This document shows, one piece after another, positions 1 to 27,600 of a stretch of 64,000 nt of DNA. The notes beneath the pieces were generated by a model. That model worked only from the letters and a program-made list of their open reading frames with translations, did not search any database and was not told the origin of the DNA. Position 1 is the stretch's first letter. Each line of letters starts with the position of its first letter. Location of the stretch: positions 21,576,001 to 21,640,000 of the forward strand of contig CM120646.1 of assembly GCA_051362555.1 (NCBI GenBank), written 5' to 3'. This stretch comes from Lingula anatina (taxonomy: Eukaryota > Animalia > Brachiopoda). The position numbers and the translations under genes were made by a program.

Positions 1-143
1 TAAAAATTAGCGTAATATAAATCTTGTAGTATATTCGGTTTGTTTAAAAATCAGAGAACAATACTACTTGGAAATTACGCTTTTTTCATTTACCAGTACC
101 GATGAATCCGGGAACCAGCTGTATGACTGACCTTGAACTATTG

Positions 144-151
144 TGACGTCA
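144..151 (+). promoter_or_regulatory. CRE palindrome TGACGTCA just upstream of the IDH3B ATG
   Basis: Perfect TGACGTCA ending 9 nt before the ATG at 160; function not shown. Confidence 0.4.
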
Positions 152-159
152 CTGTAAAC

Positions 160-3100
160 ATGGAGAGTGCCATGAGGATCTTTAGAAGCCGTGGTGTGTC
201 AAAAGTGAGAAAAAGTCATTAATTAAAGTATATTTATCGATAGTTTAATGGAGTGCGGTTTATGTTTAGTATAATGTAACTTAGAAGGGACCTTAGTGAT
301 AAATTATTTTGCGATCTCCATTAAATCAGCAGTGAAAATTGTAACGTTACATTTTGACGCTGAGTAGATCAATTGATGATTGAATCAGCCACTGGTGCTG
401 GTAGTAACACCCCATTTCCATAGTTTAGATCGACCTAACTCCCTGGGGGTTCACGCTAAATAGCTGTCAGCCGGGCGGACACGTAAGTTAATTACCCTCT
501 TACAGCTTGTAGTAGGCGGGACGGACATTTAAGTCGGATTATCTGAAAGTAATCTAGTGAGACTCCCCGCGGGGATAGATCGATCTAAAATCTATGGGAA
601 TAGAGCCTAAGGACACATGTAGCTACTTTATAGGTTTTCTCAAATTAGGCTTCGAACGTAGCATTTATGTAAAAAAATGAAAATTCTGTTTTTATTTATT
701 TCTTTATCATTTGATTAGCTTAACTGGGAGACAGCCATCATATTTACATTGAACACTCATAAATCCTGACATAAACTAAATAATTTTTTTATTTATTCAC
801 TGTCGGTTACCCAGTAGTGACAGCCATACTGGTACAAGGAAAGACTTCACTGCAGTCACTCTAAAATTAATCTTCTAGATGGAGGACGAGTTTTGTTCTA
901 CAAGATATTTATGCATCTGTTATATACACCAGTTTAGCGTTTTCACTCCCAGTAAAGTTTGATTTTGTTTCAATAAAATATTTGCATACGATTTTGATGA
1001 CACCACTTGTATTTCTGTTTCAGCTGACACACCAACTGCTTAAAAGATGCCTCCATTCATCAACAGTGGCACGTATGGCCATAACAGTAAGTTTGTCAAT
1101 TATGGTTACAATTACTGACTTGGATAGGAAAGTTGTGACCTAAGTACAGCTGGCATACACAGCACAAATGTCAGACAGATGTACTTATTGTAAAAAAAAG
1201 TTATAAATGTATGAATAAATTAATTTTAAAAAAAGATTCAGCACATGTTTAACTAAGTCAGTAATGATTTTATCATCTAATTTCAGTCAAGAACATATAT
1301 ACTAGTCATGTCTGATTGTTATACTTCTTATATAATACTATAAACTGTTATACTGTACAATAATTCACACAAAATCTCAATTCAGCCTAGGTCAGAGCCA
1401 GTAAGTCATCCTGAGGGTAAACAAAGGGTCACTCTGGTACCGGGGGATGGCGTGGGTCCCGAGATAATGTCCAGCGTACAGGCAGTCTTCACTGACGCTG
1501 GAGTACCTGTGGAGTTTGAGGAGTTTCACATTAGGTAGAGTGTGAGGTTTGCAACCAGAGCCGCTGAGCCTCAGTCACAATTTCTAGTCACAAAATATTC
1601 TTTTATATATACTATTAATGTGATACATTGCAACCCTGCTGTAAGGTTGCAACATTTGTGCATTTGGTTATTATAGATGGATTATACACAGATGTATAGT
1701 TTTCACTAGTCAAACTAAATTGATCATGTTTTATGTCATACCTCATACAATGGCGATTGCCAGAGAAAGGGGTAACATCCATCAGATCAAGAATGTCATT
1801 TCAACACAACACTTTCCATTCATCTACTTTCATTGGGCATTGACCAAGACAGCCCAACTGATACCTTACCAGTACATATGACAGGCATTAAAAGTCCAAT
1901 ATCTTTATCACTGTTATTTCATCTCTCATACACTGTCCTACTGAATGACATAACACAGACATACTAAAATCAGCATTTTGCTTTTCTTGACATAGTGAAG
2001 TCAACCCCAAGATGAATGCCAAGCACGATGATGTCATCAACTCTTTCTTGACCAATGGTGTTGGTTTAAAGGGCATCATAGCCACGCCCACCCACTTCAA
2101 GGGCGGAGTGCTGCAGACTCTTAACATGAGGCTGAGGTAGGGACAATGGTATATTATTAACAAAACTAACACATATGTGCTTATTTCAAACCCAGTTTGT
2201 TTAACATGATTGCATATACAGTACAATTAAAATTTTTATAAGAGTATACCTCTGTGCTGGTGTAGTCTACATGTATTAGCCTAGTATCTCAGCCAGGGCA
2301 ATGGGCTGATTGTGATATCACAATCTCAACCAACACAATTGCCACACCTAACACAATTGTCACAATGTACTAGTCTAGCCACAATGTATTTCAGGAAGGA
2401 AATGGACTTGTATGCCAATGTTGTTCATGTGAAGAGTCTCCCTGGGGTGAGGACAAGGCACAATAACCTAGACTTCCTCATCATAAGAGAACAGACAGAG
2501 GGAGAGTACAGTGCACTGGAACATGAGGTGAGATTGTGCTGTCTCAATTAACACAATCAGAAGAGACTGGCATGACTAACCCTCATGCTTGTTTATATTT
2601 GTTCAAGTCCATTAATAACATGAGACTAGATTCTTTTCCACCCATTTCATGCCAGCTGTGTTAGAACATGTGAATTATTTTTGCCACTGTCATTTTTCCC
2701 CTATTAGAGCATGCTGTCAATTTTTATACAGCATTAGTCCAAATACCTTAAGTGGATCATATTTTGCATTTAAATACTAAAATTATGTTCTATCAGCTTA
2801 TAGGTCATTTTTCTCAGCGTTCCCCAGAAAGTGTCCTGAAGATTGGCAAAGATTGTTGATAGTTTTCCCTACTTTCAGAGTGTGTCTGGGGTGGTGGAGA
2901 GCCTGAAGATCATCACCAGAGAGAAGTCCAGAAGAATTGCCAAGTTTGCATTTGATTATGCCACAAAACATGGCAGGTCCAAGGTCACAGCTGTACACAA
3001 GGCAAATATTATGTAAATATTTCTCCTGTTCCTTGTCATGCTTGTTTCATGTATAGCAGTGTCATAAATATGTTGCCTCAGAAGAGAATTTAACAATTTT

Positions 3101-3179
3101 GTTACTTATATGAAGTAAGGTTGTTTAATAGTAACAGCACAGTTATTGCACTTTCTCTCATACATACATGTTCAAGCAT

Positions 3180-3215
<36 letters not shown>

Positions 3216-5048
3216 TTTCCAATACATTTTATTACTTTGCTTTTTGATGCAGATAGAGAAGTTTTTTTTCTGTAACATTCACATGTCAATTTTTAGATAG
3301 AAAAATCTGAAATAACATGTAATGTAGATATTTCATGAAGTTAATACTATTTACTAGGAAGATGTCATTTATTTCCAGGAAACTTGGTGATGGCCTTTTC
3401 CTAGAATGCTGTCAAGAAATCTCAGAATTATATCCTAAGATTCAGTTTGAATCCATGATCATTGACAACTGTTGTATGCAGGTGAGAATGCCCTAACATT
3501 ATGAAATGTTTATATATATATTAGAATACCAGGCAATGTCAGTTTTGACAAACATAATTGTGAATGATTATTTCGGTCAGAATAATTATGGTCTGTTGAA
3601 AAAAATAAAAATAAAACAATAAGAGGAATCTAAAGGTATTTAGGAGAGAAATGTTCAATTTAGTCTTGGTAAAATATACTTTCTGTGAAAGTGTGAAGAT
3701 TTTAGAGCCTCCTTTCTATTTCAGCTGGTTTCTAACCCCTATCAGTTTGATGTGATGGTGATGCCAAATCTCTATGGCAACATAGTAGATAATTTGGCTG
3801 CGGGACTGGTAGGTGGCGCTGGTGTGGTGGCTGGTGAGAGCTACAGCCAAGATGTGGCAGTGTTCCAGCCTGTAAGTGCTACAGTTTGTGGTTACAGACT
3901 TATGCTTTAGATAAGTTTAAATTAGTCTTTTACCCCAGTAGAATTATTTGTAAATATAATTTTCATGGGTCATGTATAATTTGTCATCAGTCCTGGTAAC
4001 AATTTTGTTCTTGTTGTAGTTTTTTTTAATGGAAGTATGTTATTTGTAGAATTATGTTACTGAGTGACTGGAAATTAATAATTTATGCATGCAACAAACA
4101 TTTATTAATAAGTGAAAAAGTGTACATTAATTACATAAATTATGCACAGGTAATCAACTTCAGGAGAAATGCAGTGTGCTCCTGAACAACATTCATCTCA
4201 CCAAGTTAACACCTGATGAACTTGCCTGCCCCAAACAGATGTGCACTTTTTCCACAGAATAACAGAATTCCAAGATTTTTAATACAATTTTGATAGGACT
4301 TATGATGGCCCTGGACCTCCCCATTGAATTAAGTGTTTTGTCCAATGATAAATGTTTAGAAAAAATTAAAAAATCCATATCATATCTGCTGTGTATATTC
4401 CAGGGTGCTCGCCACTCATTTGCCCAGGCAATGGGGCGGGACATTGCTAACCCTACGGCCATGCTTCTCAGTGCTTGTAACATGCTGAAACACATGCATT
4501 TGGAGTACCACAGTAAACTGATTGAAGATGCCTTACTCAGAGTGATCAAAGCTGGCAAGGTGAGGCATCATCTTAGTTTCTGTCACAAGGAATTTAGACC
4601 ACATTATTTGTACATTTATTTTGTTTTGTTAATAAAGGGTTTCATTTAGCTTCCTGTAAAGAAAGCACACTGTAAACTGATCTACCAGTCATCATATATA
4701 TGTTAAATTGTAAAAATTTGACTGATATAAAATGCACTATTATAATACTGATGACACTGTGCTATTTTGCATATTCTGTCTCAAAAATTGTTAAAATGGG
4801 GAGTGCTGCTTTGAACAGCTTAATTTTTAATAAAATTCATTTTATTTGAATCATTTGTCTTATTTCCAGGTGTTACTGTTTTTGTCTTAAAGTAAATAAA
4901 CTAAAACTTGTTATTGAATTTTGTTTTTTTTATGTCTAAATTTTCATTAAAATTAAAAGATATATCTTATTTCCAGGTGCTGACTCCAGACATGAATGGG
5001 TTCTCCACTATGTCTGACTTCACCAATGCAATAGTGCACCAGCTTTAG
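160..5048 (+). CDS. IDH3B: Mitochondrial NAD-dependent isocitrate dehydrogenase subunit beta, 10 exons
   Basis: Exons 160-204, 1024-1086, 1386-1534, 1996-2136, 2395-2527, 2879-3012, 3379-3481, 3725-3871, 4404-4559, 4977-5048 splice in frame with GT-AG ends. Motifs [82 protein letters not shown] match the IDH3 beta subunit; the N-terminus is an Arg/Ser-rich targeting-peptide-like stretch. Confidence 0.95.
408..607. mobile_element. PIF/Harbinger (Tourist-like) MITE, family A, copy 1
   Basis: Imperfect TIRs (CCCCATTTCCATAG...CTATGGGAATAGAGCC), TAA on both flanks (405-407, 608-610); body matches the reverse complement of 13746-13960 and 52047-52288. Confidence 0.8.
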
Positions 5049-5903
5049 TCTTAACACTACTAGTTCCTGGTCAAACTACACAAAGTCCGAGGCACAAATC
5101 GGTATCATTTCCACTTACCAGTTACCAAAAGCAACGGGGCACAATTTCCTTTTGCCAGCTCTAATTCTTTAGTCTTAGAATGGTATATCTTTGTTTGGTC
5201 ATTCCAAACTAAAATGGTACCAACAAAATCCCCTGTAAAATAGAAAATGTTGACAAGGCTCTTCTGGCATTTGACATAAAGCTATAACATCTGTATCATT
5301 TATTACATGTTACACGAACAGGAAACAATCATTGAGATTATTGTACTTTAGAAATCATGAGACTGTGCACGAGATAAATTATTACGAGCGAACAAATGTA
5401 CACTAGATATGATATTTAAATGAAAATTGGATGTAAATTTTTCATCCCAGTGACGTTGCTTCATTTACACTGAGTGTTGAGATTGTCTTTTCAATTGTGA
5501 CGTCTTTGACTGTGTTATTTATTGATATGTATGGCAATACTTGTATTTTAGAGACGTGTAAAAAGAATGTATACATTTTAAAAGATATGAGGATATTAAA
5601 CATAAAATTCTTCACATAAACCTTGTTTTCCTTTTTATTTATTTATTTATTTTATTATGTAATTGTTAATTTTTTGCTATCAGAAATTCTGTTATTTGCA
5701 TTTTTAAGATGATGATAAAAATGATTAACTCTTGTTTTTTTCTTATGAAATTTAAAAATGTCAGTTTTTATCAAATGTTATCAATATCTCAAGGTAAAAG
5801 AGCTTTTTTTCAACCGTCTGATTCTGATGCATTTCATGATTTTTGTTTCAACTAATACTACAAAGTACATGTATGTTGGATCGAGGGGTCGAGCTCCCCT
5901 CTA

Positions 5904-6028
5904 CCAAGGCCACAGATTGATATTTCCCTAGATATTCACAGATGTGTCTTTTGTTATATTATGGGACTTTTCTGCACTGCCCAGCGTTAGGAAAAAGTGT
6001 ACAGATTAATAATAATCTGCGGCTTTGG
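5904..6028. mobile_element. Short MITE-like element with TA flanks
   Basis: CCAAGGCCACAGATT ... AATCTGCGGCTTTGG inverted ends, TA on both sides. Confidence 0.45.
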
Positions 6029-6247
6029 TACCAGTAGAGGGAAGGATCATGTCAGAACTGTGATATTTTATCTGAAATATAAATCGGAAAGTTAAAATTA
6101 CACCAGTGCGCATGAAAAGTGCCTAGATTTATTTTCTTCTGGAATGCTTAGTTCTTGCATTTATTATTCATTTGTTTGAAAAACAATTTCTTTGAATAAT
6201 TACGTGAAAAACAGTTGTAAGCATAATGTTAAAGTTACATTCCTTAT

Positions 6248-6529
6248 CACGTGCGAATTTCCCGAACTATGACGTCATGTGTCAAAATCAAAACAAACAT
6301 GAAGTCATGGCAAATAAAAGGGTGCATGTGATTGGATGTTTTCCATCCTGCCAATTAACTCTGTTAACTTGCTTAGGGTATTAGTGGAATATTTTGATCT
6401 AAATCAACCTACATAGGAATTGATATCGTTATAGGTTTCTATATATTAAATAAATTGCACCTTTATTATTGACAGAATATCAAAGAGATACGCAAGTCTC
6501 GTTTCGGACGGCGTCATCACAGGCCAATC
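6248..6529 (+). promoter_or_regulatory. Probable FBXL2/20 promoter (E-box, CRE, CCAAT boxes)
   Basis: CACGTG 6248-6253, TGACGTCA 6270-6277, ATTGG/CCAAT at ~6331, ~6352 and ~6523, in a locally CpG-retaining zone upstream of ATG 6644. Confidence 0.45.
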
Positions 6530-6643
6530 ACAACACGCCTGACAAACTACTCTGGGCTTAATCCTTGGTGTTTTTATTTTCATTGCTGCATTAGATTTTT
6601 CAGCTGTTTTCGATGGAATTTGGCTAGATCATAGATTGGGACC

Positions 6644-19680
<13,037 letters not shown>

Positions 19681-19876
19681 CGCAGCAGGTCATGTGACAC
19701 TTTTAGGGACAATTGCAATGACAATTTATAGGACGGCATTAGTATCCGCCATGAAGTTTTTTTTTTAATGTTACTGCAAAGGTGACATGTTACCACACCT
19801 GCATGTATTATAGCCTAAAGGTTAATATGTGTTACCATGTGGCTGTATTGCTGCAGAGATCCACATGCTACTGTAC

Positions 19877-19965
19877 GGATATATTACCATACATGGACAT
19901 GTTACCATATATGGACATGTTCCCATATATGGATATGTTACCATATATGAATATGCTACCCTATG
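19877..19965. repeat. 18-bp minisatellite (ATGGACATGTTACCATAT) in the FBXL 3' UTR region
   Basis: About five tandem imperfect copies. Confidence 0.75.
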
Positions 19966-22900
19966 TGACACGTTGCCCTTACCTATGAAATAACAGAGAT
20001 GTGGTCTGTAAACATATCATCGATAATCTTTGACACATGACACTTGCCATGGGGTCGTATTGATGATTGCCAGGAATGCTTAGTGGTTGCTGTTAAGTAA
20101 AGGAGTTAGCAGCACTGAGCGGGCAGTACAAGGATGTATTAAGAAGAAGTATTACAATACAGGATATTATGGAATAGATGCTGGTCAAATCACCACTTGA
20201 TTGATGTGCTTGAGCCCTAGCTGAACTACCACACAGGTGATGAGGAATGGATGTTACCATGGGTTTAGTCGGACACTTGGAAATGTGTTACCATGTAGGT
20301 GTTGCACTGGAGTCACAAGTTACCATACATGTTACCATGGGTTGAGACTCTATTGATGAAGTGTGCCACCACCTCACACAAGATCATCTGGTAATTCTTG
20401 TGAAAACAGGTTGATGGATTTCTGAGGATTCACCATTAAAGTGCTGATGATGTGTGTAACCTGGCAAAGAATGAAGGAAGATGATCCATTTTGCCACACA
20501 GATGCGCCATGCTGCCAGAGATTTGTTACCAGATTTATCACAGGTTTTACCACAGTTTTGTATGTTTGATCAGAAAGTGAAGATGCTTGTTATTCTTCAG
20601 GATTGATTCAGGTGACAACAGTTATAACCATGTGTTTGGATGTAGAAGACATTCTTATGTGTCGTTCACTGTGTGATCATCACAAAAATGAACAGTGGTG
20701 ACCCCTATTGCAAGAGTGCAGTTCTTGGTCATAACTCGTCTGAAGATTTTCCAGTCACTTTCTTTTAAGAGCAAGGTTATTTGAATTGGGAGTCAAATGC
20801 CATTTGGAATGGTGTGTAATGTATAGAAAGCAAAATTTCCTTTAGAAGAATGATGTCACATTGAAGGCTTTGTTTTGTGGATTGTGTGCAAGGGGTTTTT
20901 GTAGTTGCATTTCATCAGCAGCAATTGGTCTTTCCCATGGGAAGGTTTTTTTCGCTATTGTCATAAGTTTCATGTTGTGAGTAAACTTCGATGATTGCAC
21001 TTGGAAAAAGTGAAGGGGGCAGCGAACTTGGTACTCTTTTCCTATTCCTCTTTCACCTATGAAATCATAGATAAGCTACTGCACAGCCAGCTCAGTTGTC
21101 ATGGTATTATTAGCTAACAGGGCACTGTCTCTTTATTGTGTGTGCAGAAGGCTCACCTTCTAAGGATCGCGTACGATTTTAAAAACAGTCTTGGCAACAA
21201 GTTGTTTTTTAAACATTTATTGGGACATATGGTTAATGTGGCATTTTGTTTTTTTTAAGCCAGTCATTTTATTCATTAAGCTGTTTTACTGTATATGCCA
21301 ATAAAACACAAAATATCACTGGATAAGACTGCATTTATTTATTTTTTTTATTATTTGAATTTTTTACATTGTTTTAAAATAACTTTTTGGAGAAACAGAA
21401 CTTGTAAATGGTTAAAACTCAGGTCACTGAAAAAATACAGTTGGATCCAATGTTACTGACTGTTAATTGATTTCTTAGACAAGGGTTAAAAGAGAACCTT
21501 TTATATGGTATACTAAGTTCGTATGAAAAACATGAAACACTGTCATCAGTGGGCATTGCTTGGTCAGCAAGAAAAAAAAAATCATTTCACTGTTGCGTAT
21601 GGTTATGCCCATTTTGAAATGAAAAACTGCATTATCGTCATCCTGAAAGTCCCAGCAAAGAGAACGTGTTTTCTCCGACTTTAAATGGTAATATTTGCCA
21701 ATGTCAAGGCCATCAGTATTGTTAGTGAAAATTAGGTCAGGGTCTCTGTGAAGATGAAAAACAGTCATATTTGATTTTCGCATAGGGTATGCATGTACAC
21801 CCACATCCCTTAGGTGTAACCATTTATTTATTAAATGAGTAAATGGTTTTCATGAAATTCTTTCAGTTAAATATGTTAAAGAAAATATATTTGCATTAAG
21901 CTTGAGGGGGCAAATTGTTCCCTTGCATTTCTTGGTATCGTGTCACATTCTTTGAGAAACCCAAGGGGCTCTTTAGGTTTTTTTCTTGATATAATGATTG
22001 TGTATGTTTTTTGGATATATGTACACCTAGAAACCTATGGTCTGTGTAGAAATTCCCTTTTAACTTATAAAGGGCTGCACAGTAATTACGTTTTTTATCA
22101 TTCTGTAAACTAATGTCGTAAATTGAGCTTAATTTATTTTGTCTGTTTGCTCCACAATTTCCATGCTTGAGCTGGCAGCTTCTTACTTGTGGTGATATTC
22201 AGGATTTCCAGCTAGACTGTTACAAATCTACTTTAATAGTAAAGGCAAATATTAGCATATAAAGACCAAATTCATGTGCTTTGTAGGGTAAAAGCATGAA
22301 ACCCAACTCTGACTGATATTATTGCATGGATTTCATAATTGTCCTGAATACAACTGCAGCAAAGTGGTGCTGCATTTCTTAAATGTCTAAGTAGGTGTTA
22401 TCTAACACTCATTTCTCTCTCTCTCTCGGTTGCTGTAAATTTAATCTGCTCTTAGTCTGATGATTGGGTGGGGGTAGTCAAGCAGAATGTCAAATGCAAG
22501 GTAAAAAATGAGAGACGATATTTGAAGTTTTTCATCAGAGGGGAGTTAAAAGCCCAGGCCAATGAAAAACTTTGTATATCATGGACAGTGTTTCATGGAA
22601 ACTTGTTTTATTTCATTTTATGAATTTTTTTTCACCAATTCAGTTGGGTTGTTATTTATTCAATTAAAGAAATAGTCAGCCTCCACGAAACTACAAAGCA
22701 CTTGCATATAAAGCAGGTTAAATGGTAAATTTAAGTATGCTTTTTACGGTTACATACTTCATGTATCAGACCTTTAGAAAGCTTGCACTGTATTGGTATC
22801 ATATCTGCATAGCAGCGATGTTTTGAAAAGAAATGCCTGTTGCTGTGCTATGTGTGCCAGTTTTAAAAGTTAAAGGTTCAGTTTACAGCTACGGAAATTA

Positions 22901-24642
22901 CTGAAAAATATGTGAGGTTAAAATATTATTTACATATTATCATTAAGCTGGTAACATATTACAGGCATTATTATAAAATTATTATTATTATTTGACATGC
23001 AGTGATGTGAATTCAAGTATTTGCTTGTCTTTAAAAAAGACAACAAACTGTCTAAAAAATGTGAAATGGTGGGGAAACCCCAAATGTAAAACGATTCTTT
23101 TATACTTATATGTGCACTTGTAGGGTTTCTTTTGACTATGAATTCTTATTTACTCATTTAATTTATGGAAAACAAAATGAGAATAAAAACTTAATAAAAA
23201 TATATGTCAAAAACTACACTGTTTTTTTCTCATTAGCTTAGAACTTCCTATAGATTTCATCATTAGTTACTAATAATGAAAGAAAGTCGCACACACAAGC
23301 AAATTTGAAAAATTGTATTTACTAATGGTTTATAACTCCAATGAAAGTGCTGAAAATAAAAAATAAATTCTCTTTTTATATTCTGTAAAGAAAATCATCA
23401 TAGCTGCCTGATAAATCATTAAGACCAACTTTTCTTAATCTGAACGGAACATTATTAAAACATGGTATTGTATCAGTGTGACTGGTAAAACGAAATCTTT
23501 GTGACTGAGAATAATTCAACAAAAAGCTCCTTTCTGTTCATAAAATAATACAGAACTGGCATGAAATGAAGACTGACATTTCCAAAGCACCAAGATCCAT
23601 ACATTTGTGGCAATTCAAAACCTGCAGAAATGGGATTTGAGATGGCCCAAAGTCAAACGACTCCGTATAAAATCATGGGATCATGTGATTTGGCGGAGAT
23701 GTCAGACTATGCACTGTGGTTACAAATCAGACAAAATTGAACCATGGGTAATTACCTGGTTGTTTTCTCTTCAATTGACAATGTGTGATTTGACAAAAAA
23801 TTGGTATCATGACAAAATTTATGGACAGAATACATAATATTTTTGCTTAAATTATCACTTCTATATCTGCATGACATAAAATATTCTTGTGTAAACTTGT
23901 CATAAAAATCAAATATCAAATAATCAAATAATGTGTTGTTTTAAATACATTTTGTGAAATTAGCATGAAATAAAATAATCTTTCTCATATTTTCAAGTAA
24001 CCTCCAAATAAGGAAAGACATCTAGTAAAGGCATGATAATCATATTTGAATCCAGTTTTCCCAATAAATCAAATTTGTTCAGCCCATCACTATATGTGAA
24101 TCTAATTTTATATATCCTGTTGCTAATTTAATATCACTAATTAAATAAAGAATGATATTTTCAAACACTGGCACATGCAATATCCCATTAAATGGCACAT
24201 TATACAATGTTACATTATACCAACTTGCTCTGACTACCCTAAGAATCATTTAAATACTATTATAATATATAAATTCTTCATTGATATAATATAACAGACC
24301 TATATTTTGAAAAACAAGCCAAAATTTACTTACAATAAGCACCATATGCATCACCAGTGTAAGTTGAGACTAAAGATAAATTTTAACTGAAAAGACCAGC
24401 AACAAACCACAGATCTAGAGTAAGTTAGGATCAGAAACAGCTTTATGAAAATTAAATATGAACTCACAATGGCTTTGTCTATGTAACCTTGTTTTCTGGA
24501 CATGTCACATTCTAGTAGCTATAAAAAACTTCTGGACATTCTCATTTAGTCTGCTTGTAGGCATAATCAGTGTTCTCTATTTGAGGTATTTGGTCTAATT
24601 TAGTCGACTCAGGATCACAACCTATTCATTCTTAACATCCCC

Positions 24643-27600
24643 TCAGTGTAACTTGAACCCCATAGTCCAAACCAAGGGCTTATCAGTCTCTACCGTGACC
24701 ACTTGGTCCACAAATTCATTGGACGTACTGACCAGGGTGCCAAATTTTAATGTGTCGTGATCTAAAATATGCATTAAAAAATATCATCAGTGATGTTCAG
24801 TGTGAAAGAAGTTGACATGCAATATAATAATGGTGTCTTTAAAGTTGTAGTAACTATCACTATCATAGATAGGGTATCATATGACATTTCAACTACTAGT
24901 ATTGCTTACAAAAATTACTTAAATCAATGGCAAAAATATATATTCATATATATGTAATAATGATAATAATTAAACAATATTTCTAGTTTGATATCAAATT
25001 ATTTGGTGTTCTTTAACAAAAATTTCCCATGATGATCAAAATTTTATGCAAGCAAAATATGACTAGTTTTAATTTTGATACGTAAAAAAAAAGTAGTCCT
25101 ACTTACTAAGATCCCACTTAAGCCCAGTAGTAGTGACATCTTTACAAGGGTGACCTATGGGTAACAAACCACACCATTTTCCTTCTATACCTGTAGATAC
25201 ACGTATGGTGTGTTGACCCTGGAATGTTGGATGAGATTGTGTTAGGTGTGACAGTAATTAAACCAGCAGTGTGCTGGCAGTGACAGTGTGTTGTAATTGT
25301 GTTAGGTGTGACAGTAATTAAACCAGCAGTGTGTTGGCAGTGACAGTGTGTTGTGATTCACCGTTCCGAGATGAGTGATTGACAGCATTGTTTTAACCAA
25401 TAGAACCGTATAATTAATGTTACGTGATACGCATGTGTAAACAGCCGCCATCTTACCGGACAAACAATCATCTGTCCGGTGTATCAAATTACGCTGAAGA
25501 TTTTTGCATTTTTTGTCACTTAAGAATATGTTTCTCCGACAAAGTCATGCCAGTAAAACACTGTTGTTATGGGTGTTGCAAATCTGATTCTCGTTATCCG
25601 GAACGAATGGAAGGGGTGTATTTCATTGCTTTTCCGAAGCCAAAAACACAGCTGGAGAAGTGTCTAACCTGGATTCGTGCATGCAGCCGTCACACAACTC
25701 AGCGTTAAGGATGTTACAAAAGACACTTATATATGTTCAAAGGTGAGTTAAAGCTCTTATTTATGCAGTGCAGACATTTACTTATTCAGTTTATTGCAAA
25801 AACAATTTATTTACAGTAAACGGTATACAAAACGTGAAGATGGCGCCGAATATTAATATGGCGACAGACTTAGTAAGTTTGTAATGCAGGACAGGGAATG
25901 TAACAGCCACGCATCGTAAAATTGTGTATTTTCCCTGGTTACTGGGGCTTTTTCTGGTTAAACCACCGGTGTTATGAAGATATGTTTGATGTTTATGCCT
26001 TTAAACTATAAACCTTTATAATAGAAACTATACATTTTTTCATTCATGACATGTAGCATTTCAAAAGTGCCAATGGCCCAACATCAGATTATCCTGATCC
26101 TGTTCCCTTTGACAGCAGTGTCTTCAGAAAAGCAAGGAAAAGACTATAGCAGGAGGTTGAAAGGTAATATTATTATACTACACATCAAAACATCTGAGAA
26201 CATGTAAATTAGGCATAATTTTCAATTATTCATTTCTTGGGAAAAAAAATGATTGAGAAATATGTACACAACAGAATGTGCTTTGTTCAAACTTATACCC
26301 CCGTCACACTTATTTGCAATCAGCAGGAAACAAGCAGAACCAACCGGAATGAATGAAATTTAAAATTCGTACACCATTCGGGAGGGAATTTCAAATTCTT
26401 ACAGCTTTGTGAGAATGTCGCTAGAATACTCGGAATGAACATCAAATGATTCTTAAAGGACCCGTCACACTAGAGACGGAATGAGCAAGAATGCCGTTGG
26501 AAATACAATCCTTTGTACATTCCTGGATATTAGAATAGCTGACCCTAATGTTTTGCTCATGCTCAAAACTTTTGAAATCCATTCAGTGGGAAATTTATTT
26601 GGTTCTGGTGTACAAGTGATCACAAAATTTATGGATAATGTTCCATGACGTAAAGAAAGTTTTAAAAAATTGGACTTGTGGCCTCAATTCAATTATTTCA
26701 TTTAACTGTGAAGCATATTCTTGATTTAATGTCCCCATTATGCCTATTTCAGCTTTATACATAACAAAAATTTCATAGAATATAATTTTTTTTCGTTCAA
26801 ATAATTTTTGTTCTTGCAGTGATGAGAATAATTCGCATGCATCGGACTCAACTGTTGAAACAGAAACTGGTACAGGCACTCAGACAGAAGAACAGTGTAA
26901 GTTTATTTCAAGTTTAAAGTATTAGACAAAAATGGTTTTGCAAAGTCTTTGGAAAATCTGGATAGTTTTCATAGAAGTTCCATCATGTAAGCTTGATCTG
27001 GCATAATCCTCTGAATTGTGTAAATACAATAAATTCACAGAAGTCGCATCCTGTTATCATGAGCTGTCCTTGAATTTGAGCGTAATAGCCATGGGTTGTT
27101 TTTAATCTTATTTCCCCATTATTGTTTTCAAGACAAAAATTGGCAATGTCTTCACATGCTGCCAAAATTTTCATGTTTCTTGCTGTGAAGGGACATTTGA
27201 TTTCTGCAATTCCAGTTTGTCCATTGTCACACAACTTTCTATCTGGAGTTGCCCCAATTCCGTGGACTGAATCCTCTGTCCTTTTGATGTTTCTTGTCTG
27301 AAATAAATCAGTCATAATTAAAAACTAAATGTATATTTAAATAAGAAATCATGTCAGCATATACATTTATTATAATTGTAAATATATACATATTTTTTTT
27401 TTATTGCAGGGGTTTCTCCAATGGACATGTTAGCTATATCTACAGATTAACACGTATTGCGTGGTGAATTAGACTTGAAAAATAACAAAATCAAGCAATT
27501 GGAGTCAATGATCATGAAATTGAAAGACGAAAAAAAAAGCAGCTGAAGGCAAAAATTGAGGATCAAATGAAATTTGGAATAGACAGCATTTTAGACAAAG

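Noticed and set aside
19782-19988. ORF with MDMLPY repeats
   Set aside because: 18-bp minisatellite downstream of the FBXL stop codon.
23300-24190. Possible TTAA-flanked element between the FBXL and TPK1 3' ends
   Set aside because: Only a weak terminal match; the left boundary and TSD could not be established.
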